A stretch of DNA of 64,000 nt from Gemmatimonadales bacterium (GTDB lineage: Bacteria; Gemmatimonadota; Gemmatimonadetes; Gemmatimonadales; GWC2-71-9): assembly GCA_041615815.1 (NCBI GenBank), contig JBFJCP010000002.1, forward strand, positions 32,001-96,000. The letters run 5' to 3'. The stretch's first letter is position 1. Every line of letters starts with the position of its first letter. Positions 39,565-48,005 of the stretch are shown in pieces. Both the position numbers and the translations under genes were made by a program. The notes under the pieces are model-generated. The model made no database searches and was not told the origin of the DNA. It saw nothing but the letters and a program-made list of their open reading frames with translations.

Positions 39565-41517
39565 TCAGAATCGCCGCACCGCCCGAAAGGAAAACCGACT
39601 GACCGCGCCGGCTGTCCCGACGTTTCGACGCTGATGTTCGAACCGAATGATGGTTTCGACCTGCGCAAAGCGCCAGTTGGCCTCGATCAGCCCGCCGAGG
39701 AACCGCTCAAAACCAGCATCCGCGCGCTCGGTGCGCAGACCATCGAGACGCCCATACATCCGCACACCCAGGGGCGTCATCCAGACCACGGACGCGTTGC
39801 CGAACAGCATGGTGACCCGCTGGTCCTCGGACATGGACCGATTCCATCCTCCACCGAGCGACAGCCGCAGCCGCCGAACACTTGGGAGCGTGAGGGTACC
39901 CCGCGCCTCCCACACGGTGTTTCTGAATCGATCGGTGGTGCGCCGACGCCGCTCAGCCGAGATCCTGAGCAACCCCACGGGTGTGGGCTGTGTGCCGTCC
40001 AATTGTGTCACCATCTCGTTGAAATCGGGTATGGTCAGTGCACCGGCCTGGACGTCCGAATCCGTCCCCCGCAGGGACTGGCGGTGACGCAGCGTGAACC
40101 GCGATACGCCCAACGAGACGCTGTAGTTCCCCGTCACCGTGCGATCACGTCGTCGGGTGGCGGCGCGGAAGCGGTAGGTCACGAGCAGGACTTCGCCCAC
40201 CTGGATCCGACTCGTGATGGGCACGATGATGCGGAGGAACCCACCAACCTCCTGTACCTCGTAATCGAGATCCCGTAGGTACACGAGCGTCCCGTCCGCA
40301 CTGCGCACCATCAGGCTCGCTAAATCCACCTCCGGGTTGTCCAATTCGAACAGACGGGTGTCGTCGACGCGATGACGCTCATTCAAGACCGGGATGAAGC
40401 CATCGCCGGTGCCGTCTTCCCGCCGGCGCTCGTATCCCACCGCGACACCCCCACGCAGGCGGACAATTCGCGGCGTGGGGACCGTGAACTGAAGGCTCGG
40501 AATGATGGATCGCACCGATGTGGTGCGATTGATCAGCTCTGACGAGCGTGCGGAGCCTCGCACCGAACCGGACACCCACCGACTGATGCGGTATTCGATC
40601 CCAGCGCCGTAGCTCCTCGTGCTTGCGCGCGTTCCGTTGATTCGAGACGAAAGCACGCGGTACTGATAGTTCGTACCGAGCCAATGAGTGTGCTGCAAAC
40701 GTAAGCGTTCCGACCACGAGACCTGGCGATAGGGCGAAACCCGGCTGTCCCGATCGGTGAATCCGATACTCGACTGGAGAGTGCTTCCTTTGCCCCACCG
40801 AAAGCGATGATCGAACTGACCGTTCCAAGCCACGAAATCGTCGCCGCCCACGATGCCGTCGTAATTCGTTCGTTCGAGTCTCGCCGAGGCCTTGCTACTG
40901 TTGCCTGCGAATCGGAGAGTCCGCACCCGGTACGATCGTTCCACGGGATCCACCAGAGGCGTCGGATTCCACGTTTGGCTCACGGCCCGCCGGGAATACG
41001 AGAGGCGTACGGGAAACGGCCGCCAGCGAATTGACATGTTGGCATCCGTCGTCGTGTTGGTGTAATCCGTGAGGGTGAGCGCCCCGAGCGTCGAGGATCC
41101 GCCGGATCGGGTGGTCGCGAACGATAGCGAGATTGGGCGGCTCGAGAGGAGCCGCGCCGAGAAGTCGAGGTCGAGCGATCGGGAGACGACGGTATTGTCG
41201 AGCTGATTGGAAAGACCCTGGGTCAGGACCGGTCGCAGCGTCAGGCTCCAGGAGAAGGCACGGGTATCGATCAGCGAGCCCGAGAACGGGAGCGTGACCC
41301 ACTCGCGATATCGCTGATCGCTGAGGCCTGCGCGATCGCCGAAGGCCGTTGCCAGGGCACGGACCTCGATCCCCAGTTGGCCGCGACCACCCCCTACCCT
41401 GAGGAGACCTTGCGCCCCTCCTTCCTGCACGGCTCCGGCGATGCCGACTGCAACGCATGCCGCCATCGCCCCTACACGCCGACGGCGGTCACCGCGACGC
41501 GAGCGTATTCGAGACAT
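39565..41517 (-). CDS. Large outer-membrane beta-barrel protein
   Basis: Signal peptide, alternating amphipathic strands, terminal FSFRAVRRF; start uncertain. Confidence 0.7.
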   Translation of the reverse strand: MSRIRSRRGDRRRRVGAMAACVAVGIAGAVQEGGAQGLLRVGGGRGQLGIEVRALATAFGDRAGLSDQRYREWVTLPFSGSLIDTRAFSWSLTLRPVLTQGLSNQLDNTVVSRSLDLDFSARLLSSRPISLSFATTRSGGSSTLGALTLTDYTNTTTDANMSIRWRPFPVRLSYSRRAVSQTWNPTPLVDPVERSYRVRTLRFAGNSSKASARLERTNYDGIVGGDDFVAWNGQFDHRFRWGKGSTLQSSIGFTDRDSRVSPYRQVSWSERLRLQHTHWLGTNYQYRVLSSRINGTRASTRSYGAGIEYRISRWVSGSVRGSARSSELINRTTSVRSIIPSLQFTVPTPRIVRLRGGVAVGYERRREDGTGDGFIPVLNERHRVDDTRLFELDNPEVDLASLMVRSADGTLVYLRDLDYEVQEVGGFLRIIVPITSRIQVGEVLLVTYRFRAATRRRDRTVTGNYSVSLGVSRFTLRHRQSLRGTDSDVQAGALTIPDFNEMVTQLDGTQPTPVGLLRISAERRRRTTDRFRNTVWEARGTLTLPSVRRLRLSLGGGWNRSMSEDQRVTMLFGNASVVWMTPLGVRMYGRLDGLRTERADAGFERFLGGLIEANWRFAQVETIIRFEHQRRNVGTAGAVSRFSFRAVRRF

Positions 41518-42406
41518 GGCATCGCTGGCAATTGCCGAATCCGGCGCGGAAGGCGACGGCCCCATTGTGGCATGCGCCGCACGCCTCTCCAGCGTTGATG
41601 TCCTTCATCAGAATCGCGGTGGCTCCGGCCCGGGGCTCGAAGAGATCCACGTGACATGCTTTGCAGCGAAACCGGACTCGATGCAGCCAGTGTGGGAAGA
41701 TGGCGGGAGGCAGTTCGTCCGTGCGCACTCCGGCGGAGTTGCCGATGGAATCGGAGATCAGGGCAGCCGAGTCGAGGCTCACTCGCCGCATGGTGACGGT
41801 ACCGAGGAGTTCGGGCTGGGCGCGATCCGGAGGCATGGGGAGCGACTGGTGGCAGCGTTCGCAGCCGGAGTTCACCGGATAGGCCACCTTGCCATGGCAC
41901 TCTCCGCAGTACCGTCCCTGGAAGATGTCCGCCATGGATATGTTCGTTCCCCGGTAACGAAAAATGGGCCCGTGACACTGCCGGCAGTCCACCCACTCCG
42001 TGTGTGAGGAGTGCGGGAAGTAGGCATCGAACGTGGAGTCGGGACCTTGCAGGTAGAAGTCGAAGGCGAAGCGGAAGTCGGGCTCCCCCAAATGCCGAGC
42101 CCGGCCCGCAATCGCGGACCGAGGCTTGATTACGCCGTCGCGCAACGCAGCCATCCAATCGATATTGCCGGCGTGGTCGCGAGGCAACATCGCCGTCGCG
42201 CTGTCCGCGTTCAGCGTCCCTTCAATTGGAGGACGAACCGTATCCTCCGACACTACCAGCGGCGAGGCAGCTGGAACTCGAGCGACCGTGGCCGGCCGCT
42301 CCTCTCCCGACTTCGGAGGGATATCGAACACTGTGCCGGCCACCTGCCTGCATCCGATTACGAGCAGACAGACCGCTGCCAAGCGCCATCCCGACCCGCC
42401 CGTCAC
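41489..42406 (-). CDS. Hexaheme c7-type (two triheme domains) cytochrome lipoprotein
   Basis: VIGC lipobox; FPHxxH-CRQCH-M-CGECH-CERCH and FPHxxH-CKACH-M-CGACH-CQRCH. Confidence 0.9.
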   Translation of the reverse strand: MTGGSGWRLAAVCLLVIGCRQVAGTVFDIPPKSGEERPATVARVPAASPLVVSEDTVRPPIEGTLNADSATAMLPRDHAGNIDWMAALRDGVIKPRSAIAGRARHLGEPDFRFAFDFYLQGPDSTFDAYFPHSSHTEWVDCRQCHGPIFRYRGTNISMADIFQGRYCGECHGKVAYPVNSGCERCHQSLPMPPDRAQPELLGTVTMRRVSLDSAALISDSIGNSAGVRTDELPPAIFPHWLHRVRFRCKACHVDLFEPRAGATAILMKDINAGEACGACHNGAVAFRAGFGNCQRCHVSNTLASR

Positions 42407-43098
42407 TTCTGGTGACAGGTCAAGCAGAGCGCGCTACCCGCATTGGACAGACGCAGGAACGGGCGGTTGGCGGCCGTGTGCGGATTATGGCACGTACCGC
42501 ATTGCACCTTGCCGTCCACGTCGAGCACGAGACCCGCCGAGGAGATCGACCCCGCGGAGTTGAACGCTGGGTCCTGCCCCGGGTCATAGAGCACCGAGAC
42601 GGGGTGATCGTCCCGCAAATCCGTACCGAGATTCGTCAACCGGCCGGCTGGCAACGTTGTGCCGACAGCCGCACCGCCGGTATAGGAGTTCGGCGTATTG
42701 GTGATGACATCGAGCCCCACCGTCCCATCATGACAGCTCAGGCAGGCCAGCGAGATCCCGGTGGGCTGTCCATCGACCGTCATGTCGATCGTCGAGCTGT
42801 GGGTCGCGTCGTACATCTGGTACGTGGCAGTCGAAAAACCCCGGTTCCATAGGGGAGCGCTCACATCCCCACCGTGCGGCGTGTGACAGTACACACATAC
42901 CTCGCCATAGTCTTGCAGGGCCCCCGCACCAAACGAGTCTGCCTGGGCCGCGAACGACAGGTTGTGCAGCGTCTCCACCACGGTCGTCCCGTTGGGATAC
43001 GCGCCGGGCGGCGTGACCTGAGCCAGCACGCTCGCGGGAAGTGCGAGCAGCGCCGCGACGGCCAGGCCCACATAGCTTCTCTTCACCCTCATGGTCAT
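42403..43098 (-). CDS. OmcE-like tetraheme cytochrome c
   Basis: 231 aa; HNLS, CVYCHTPH, PLWNR, CLSCHDG, NLGTDLRDDHPV, CGTCHNPH, PFLR...LCLTCHQK. Confidence 0.85.
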   Translation of the reverse strand: MTMRVKRSYVGLAVAALLALPASVLAQVTPPGAYPNGTTVVETLHNLSFAAQADSFGAGALQDYGEVCVYCHTPHGGDVSAPLWNRGFSTATYQMYDATHSSTIDMTVDGQPTGISLACLSCHDGTVGLDVITNTPNSYTGGAAVGTTLPAGRLTNLGTDLRDDHPVSVLYDPGQDPAFNSAGSISSAGLVLDVDGKVQCGTCHNPHTAANRPFLRLSNAGSALCLTCHQK

Positions 43099-43170
43099 GC
43101 TCCTTTCAGCGATGGCGCTGATCGCCTCGCATCATCGACGCCGCAAAGCGCCGCATTGCCTTGTTGTCGT

Positions 43171-44403
43171 TCATGGCATGGTTGAACCGACCGGTGGCAA
43201 CAATACCGGCTCGGTAGCGGCGCTCTCCTCGGGCGCCTCCAAATACTCGAAGATCTGTACACGGGCGTTATAGCGGTCTGCGACGTAGATCCGGTCGCTC
43301 GCGTCGATGGCGATACCCATTGGGAGCCAGAATTCCCCCGGTCCGCTCCCAAAGCCGGCAAACCCGATGAGGAGACGCCCCTCCGAATCGAACACCTGCA
43401 CATTGTTGAACGCTGCATCCACCACGTAGACGTGCCCGTTGGAGTCTACGGACAGCCCTTTGGGTCGTGCGAATGCCCCGGGCGTGTCGCCCAGTCTGCC
43501 AAACTGCCGTTGAAACTCGCCCTGCGCATCGAACACCTGAACGCGGAAATTCATCGCGTCACAGACGTACATTGTCCCGTCCGGCGCCACCGCAACCGAT
43601 ACGGGGAAGAGAAACTCGCCCACACCATGGCCTCGGTTCTCCAGCATGTCGCGAGGTCCCGTCCGGAGCCGATGGGACGTGGGCTGCGCGGTCGCCCGAG
43701 CCGCAGCTTGCTGGTCTCTGGCCACGATATCACCCCGATCCCGGCCTACGCGTCGGACCAGGTTTCCATCCTGATCGAAGACCACAATCTGATGGAGGTA
43801 GCTATCGGCCACGTAGATGTGACCCGCGACGGGATCAACCGCCACGTCCACCGGATTCAGCAGAAGGGTCGGCCCGCCGAACGCGCGTACGAATTCCCCC
43901 GTCGGTCCGAACACCACCACGCGGCGACTCGTTGCGTCGGTGACATACACGTGGCCACGGCGATCGCCGCCCAGACCCATCGGTTTGATGAGTCGTCCTT
44001 GACCGGACCCGCCGAACACCTCGGCCTGCTTGGTTGTGTGGTCGAACACGAGAAGTTGACGTGACGTTGCGTCGGTAACGTAGACGCGGGTGCTGTCCTC
44101 AGCGTAGACGTCGGACGGCCGAAGGATGGAGATGTAGGGATCATCCTGAGCTCCCGCCAATGCGCGAGAGACACGGCCAAAGAACGAGGGGCGCTTGCCA
44201 AGGTCTGCTTCGCTGTGCAAGAGACCGAGGTAACGGATTCGTGCCGCTTCCGGCGGCGCCGGCCACACGAGGTCCTCGAGGGGCGCAATGCCGGTCTGGA
44301 CGCCCGCTCCACCACAAGCAGCCACGCCGAGCACCACGAAACCGATGAGACCCGCCAACGCCGCTACGCGCCGCGACATTCGTGTTGCATCGGGGTGGGC
44401 CAT
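43171..44403 (-). CDS. NHL-repeat beta-propeller lipoprotein
   Basis: VAAC lipobox, LVWPAPPEAARIRY, repeated P.G...D..G.VYV.D..N.RVQVF; GGAGG RBS. Confidence 0.9.
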   Translation of the reverse strand: MAHPDATRMSRRVAALAGLIGFVVLGVAACGGAGVQTGIAPLEDLVWPAPPEAARIRYLGLLHSEADLGKRPSFFGRVSRALAGAQDDPYISILRPSDVYAEDSTRVYVTDATSRQLLVFDHTTKQAEVFGGSGQGRLIKPMGLGGDRRGHVYVTDATSRRVVVFGPTGEFVRAFGGPTLLLNPVDVAVDPVAGHIYVADSYLHQIVVFDQDGNLVRRVGRDRGDIVARDQQAAARATAQPTSHRLRTGPRDMLENRGHGVGEFLFPVSVAVAPDGTMYVCDAMNFRVQVFDAQGEFQRQFGRLGDTPGAFARPKGLSVDSNGHVYVVDAAFNNVQVFDSEGRLLIGFAGFGSGPGEFWLPMGIAIDASDRIYVADRYNARVQIFEYLEAPEESAATEPVLLPPVGSTMP

Positions 44404-44411
44404 GTTACCTC

Positions 44412-45167
44412 CTACCAAAAGTGAGCGGTCGTCTCGCCCGGGTCAGCGAGATGACAAGTCGAGCACAGGGCCTGCCCCCCGTTGCTCATTCGCAGGAACG
44501 GTGCAAACTGCTGCGTGTGCGGATCGTGACACGTCCCGCACTGCACCTTGCCGCCGTACAGTCGAAGACCCGCCGCCTCGACCGCGGCCACGGAATTGAA
44601 GTCCGGATCCAATGAGGGGTCGTACAGAATCGAAATGGGATGCTGTGTGCGGAGATCGTCGTCAAACCACACGTTTTCCCAATTGATCCCTCCGTCTGGG
44701 TTACCGCCGGTGTGACAGTCTGTGGCGCAGCGTTCGATCACTTCGCCCAACGGAGTCGTCGCCGTGAACAGGGGCGGCGGGTTCGCGATTTCGTCGAGGC
44801 CGATCGTGCCATCGTGGCACGAGAGACACAGGAGAGACACCTCCGTCGGCTGCGGATCGGCAATCATATCGATCGTATTGCTCTCGTACATTCGATATGG
44901 CGTGGCCGGCAACTGCCGGTTCCACAGGGGGCGATCGGGTCCCCCACCGTGCGGCGTATGGCAGTACACGCACGCACTCCCGTAGTCCAGAAACATCGTG
45001 GACATCGGCGGGACTTGCGCCGTCCGCGCGAGGTTGTGGACCGTCTCCACCACCGTGGTTCCGTTAGGCCATTGCGCTCGGCATGGCCGGACCGCCATCG
45101 ACGCCATGACGACGATCACGGCCGCACCGCCGAGCGTCTTGGCCCACCACGTGCGCGCATACCACAC
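44412..45167 (-). CDS. Second OmcE-like cytochrome c (4 CXXCH plus 1 CX3CH)
   Basis: CVYCHTPH, CLSCHDG, CATDCH, CGTCHDPH, CSTCH; start ambiguous. Confidence 0.83.
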   Translation of the reverse strand: MWYARTWWAKTLGGAAVIVVMASMAVRPCRAQWPNGTTVVETVHNLARTAQVPPMSTMFLDYGSACVYCHTPHGGGPDRPLWNRQLPATPYRMYESNTIDMIADPQPTEVSLLCLSCHDGTIGLDEIANPPPLFTATTPLGEVIERCATDCHTGGNPDGGINWENVWFDDDLRTQHPISILYDPSLDPDFNSVAAVEAAGLRLYGGKVQCGTCHDPHTQQFAPFLRMSNGGQALCSTCHLADPGETTAHFW

Positions 45168-45173
45168 CTCCTA

Positions 45174-45620
45174 TCACGAACCTCCACCAACGGTGATCGT
45201 ACCCTTCATTCCCAACGTCTCGTGGGGCGTGCACACGTACTTGTGCACCCCATCCGTGAAGCGTGCGTCGATGACCACGTCATAGGTTTCGCCGGGTGCC
45301 GTGAGGTACGGTCCCATCTGCCGGTCGCCTAGCTGCGACTCCGCAGGAACCTCGCGGAACTCGACGTTGTGCGGCATGCTTCCCGTCTGTTCGAACCGCA
45401 CGGTATCGCCCGGGTGCACAGTGACGTCGGCAGGCTCGAACCGGTATTCGGTCGTCGAGACATCCACCATCTTCACGACGACGACTTGACCGCGCGAGGT
45501 CGCTGGCTCGCTGACCGACCAACCGGCCAGCAACATGCTCAGAATGCCCGCCGCCGCTGCGCCGGCGAGCACCCGTGATAGGCTTGGCGTTCTGGCAATG
45601 CTCATGAAGCGTCCAGACAT
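45174..45620 (-). CDS. Plastocyanin/azurin family blue copper protein
   Basis: FEPADVTVHPGDTV, PHNV, YVCTPHETLGMKG (H-C-H-M type 1 Cu site). Confidence 0.92.
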   Translation of the reverse strand: MSGRFMSIARTPSLSRVLAGAAAAGILSMLLAGWSVSEPATSRGQVVVVKMVDVSTTEYRFEPADVTVHPGDTVRFEQTGSMPHNVEFREVPAESQLGDRQMGPYLTAPGETYDVVIDARFTDGVHKYVCTPHETLGMKGTITVGGGS

Positions 45621-45876
45621 TGTTGGCTTCCCTCCCCTTCCGTCCGTGTAATGGTCGATGCCAGTCAAGGACGCACAGGTGCAGCAGTCTCCCAGAGACT
45701 CGCCGCTCCAGCATCCACTTGGGTCCACTGCTACCCCACGACGATCGGCATTCGTGACCGCCGCACGTGGGTTTTCAGGCAGGAAGTGGACCGCACTCGG
45801 GCTTGGGAAAAGGTTGAGCTAATCCTCTATGGGACAAAGGCCTACGAAGGGAGGCAGGGCGAAGGTATTCGTGAGT

Positions 45877-45922
45877 GTGTGACACTCGGGGTCACACTGT
45901 GCCCCAACGTGACGCACGTTGG
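45877..45922. promoter_or_regulatory. Clustered dyads upstream of the cupredoxin-OmcE operon
   Basis: GTGTGAC-N7-GTCACAC and CCAACGTG-N3-CACGTTGG. Confidence 0.35.
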
Positions 45923-45938
45923 TGCTTCCGAAGCAGCG

Positions 45939-47372
45939 TCAGAACGCCATATCGAGGCGAAGCCAAACAGCGCGGGGTCGGCGACCGCCGAGAGTGGCGC
46001 TGTGTTGATCCTCAGTAAACAGTTCTGCTTCCAGGACACCCCGTACGTTTTGGCGAATGAGGAAAATCGCGCCCGGCATGATGCGCGTCTGGTCGAATCC
46101 CCCGACCGTGAAACCGTCGGCCCGTATGGACGCAGGAATCTCAGCGGAGAAAGTGTCCACCTTGAAGGAGCCCAACAGCCAGGGAAAGAACAGGTACTCC
46201 CCCTTCACGAAAAAGCTGGAGCTGCCAAGGTCACCATCGGCGTCGGCGCCCCACGGACGGTCGTGCTGTCCCCAGACATGTCCGAAACCGAGATCCACCG
46301 GTCCCCATAGCGCTCGAGCGGCGACGCCGAACGCGCGGTGATCGTCCTGACGATCTCCCGCCGCGGGCTGCGCGCCCAAATACCCGAAGTGTTCGAGCGT
46401 GAGCGATCGGTCCAGGAGTTGGCCACCGCCTCCCAGTAGCGGCCCCGTGTCGCCACGGTACCGACCATCGAGCCCGAGCCCGCCCAGCTTGTAGCGAACC
46501 TTGTAGTAGAAATCTTTCCGTCGATTATTGTCGGCTGTCGTTGCATTCGTGCCTTGGGCGACGCCAACAGCGTACGCCAAACGGCCACTCACCATTCCAT
46601 TCAGCTCGATAGACGGCTGTGACTGCCGCAGCTGGAATTCGTTGATTGATTGCAGGGTCGCGCCGCTGATCGGATCCTCGAGCTCGAGATCGGAGACGCG
46701 GTAGTCCTGCCAACGAAAGTTCTGTCGCGCCGCACGATCGATTTGTCGATCGGCGAACGTGAACAGGTACAAGTTTTGGACACCCACCCAGAGGTTGAGG
46801 GTTCGAGCCGGAAGCCACGGCAAGACATCCTGCACTTCCACCTTGGCCTGGAGAAGCTCGACCCCACCTTCTCGCGACCATTCCGATTCCAAGAACACAC
46901 TGATCTGCTCACCGAGTGTCGTTCCGGCGAGGAGATAGACTTCGTGAGGGAGGCGAAAGTCGAGCCGGGCATCGTCGGTAGCGTCACGAGTGAGCCCTAC
47001 GTCATTCTGGATACGCAAGGCTATCGGTGGCGTACCAGGCAACTCACCCGGCCAAATACCGCGGGGCCAGATGTCTTTCCATTCGTCCGATCCCAACGGC
47101 ACCGGTCGGTCACGGCGAAGCAGCGCGTCGTTGTCGGGAAACCGGTAGCCATTGAGGCGGAACGCTTCACCGAGCACGTTCAGTTTGGGCGCCGCCGTAT
47201 GGCACGTGGTGCAGCTCGTGCGATATTTACGTGCGAACGCGGGGATGCGGTCGCTCGGCTGGCTCACTCGTGGATTCGCCGCGCTCAACGTCACGACTAG
47301 CAGGCCGGCAGTCATGCCCCAAACCGGTACGGACGTGTAACGGGCCGCGCGGTGTGATCGTGATCGATCCAT
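45939..47372 (-). CDS. cyc2: Cyc2-like fused monoheme cytochrome-porin
   Basis: Mature N-terminus IPAFARKYRTSCTTCHTAAPKLNVLGEAFRLNGY, then a beta-barrel ending WLRLDMAF. Confidence 0.75.
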   Translation of the reverse strand: MDRSRSHRAARYTSVPVWGMTAGLLVVTLSAANPRVSQPSDRIPAFARKYRTSCTTCHTAAPKLNVLGEAFRLNGYRFPDNDALLRRDRPVPLGSDEWKDIWPRGIWPGELPGTPPIALRIQNDVGLTRDATDDARLDFRLPHEVYLLAGTTLGEQISVFLESEWSREGGVELLQAKVEVQDVLPWLPARTLNLWVGVQNLYLFTFADRQIDRAARQNFRWQDYRVSDLELEDPISGATLQSINEFQLRQSQPSIELNGMVSGRLAYAVGVAQGTNATTADNNRRKDFYYKVRYKLGGLGLDGRYRGDTGPLLGGGGQLLDRSLTLEHFGYLGAQPAAGDRQDDHRAFGVAARALWGPVDLGFGHVWGQHDRPWGADADGDLGSSSFFVKGEYLFFPWLLGSFKVDTFSAEIPASIRADGFTVGGFDQTRIMPGAIFLIRQNVRGVLEAELFTEDQHSATLGGRRPRAVWLRLDMAF

Positions 47373-47408
47373 CGACGGTTCTCTCCCAGCCAGCAGTTGG
47401 CCGCCGGC

Positions 47409-48005
47409 CTACTTGGGTCTCAAGTCCAGCTGCAAGATCAGGTTACCGTCTCGCGGAACGGAGATCGGCTGTTCGAATGATCGCAGCCGCCGGTGCCACA
47501 CCCGCAGCGTGTAGGCCCCTGGCGGCACACTGTCGATGCGGAACGACCCGTCCGGGGACACGACGGCATGGTGCGGCGTCGGGACCACCAGGACGTGGGC
47601 AACCATCTCGGGGTGGACGTGACAGAGAATCACGTGCGGCCCAATACCCATAAAGCGGTGTGTTCGGGATTGGCTGCGGGGGTACGTGCCGAGATTGAAA
47701 GGGCTAGGAAGGCGGGTCGGGCTGAACACATTGTGCAGCACGGGATCGGAATTCCGAAACTCGACCACGGTTCCCGGGACCACAACCTGGACGGTGGGCC
47801 GGAACCGCAGGCCTCTTTGGTCGATCAAGAGCGGAGTGTCCGGCACCGCATATGTCGTGTCGCGCGCAGCTTCCAAATACACGACAGCATCCGTTACCGG
47901 GACACTCGGCGCCTGCACGATTCCCTCGACCGATCCGAGTCCGCCATCGTTCGGACCCACGGAGACGCACAGGAGCGCTCCGACCGCGACCGCGCGCCTA
48001 CGCAT
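47409..48005 (-). CDS. Cupredoxin-domain protein with carboxypeptidase-regulatory-like C-terminus
   Basis: IDQRGLRFRP, NSDPVLHNV, CHVHPEM, GSFRIDSVPPGAYTLRVWH. Confidence 0.8.
   Translation of the reverse strand: MRRRAVAVGALLCVSVGPNDGGLGSVEGIVQAPSVPVTDAVVYLEAARDTTYAVPDTPLLIDQRGLRFRPTVQVVVPGTVVEFRNSDPVLHNVFSPTRLPSPFNLGTYPRSQSRTHRFMGIGPHVILCHVHPEMVAHVLVVPTPHHAVVSPDGSFRIDSVPPGAYTLRVWHRRLRSFEQPISVPRDGNLILQLDLRPK

Noticed and set aside
39565..45167. MtrAB/PioAB conduit
   Set aside because: No decaheme cytochrome; heme motifs match c7 and OmcE types
45646..45663. Sigma54 promoter for the nanowire sub-operon (minus strand TGGCATCGACCATTAC)
   Set aside because: Good -24 element, but no GC at the required GG-N10 spacing
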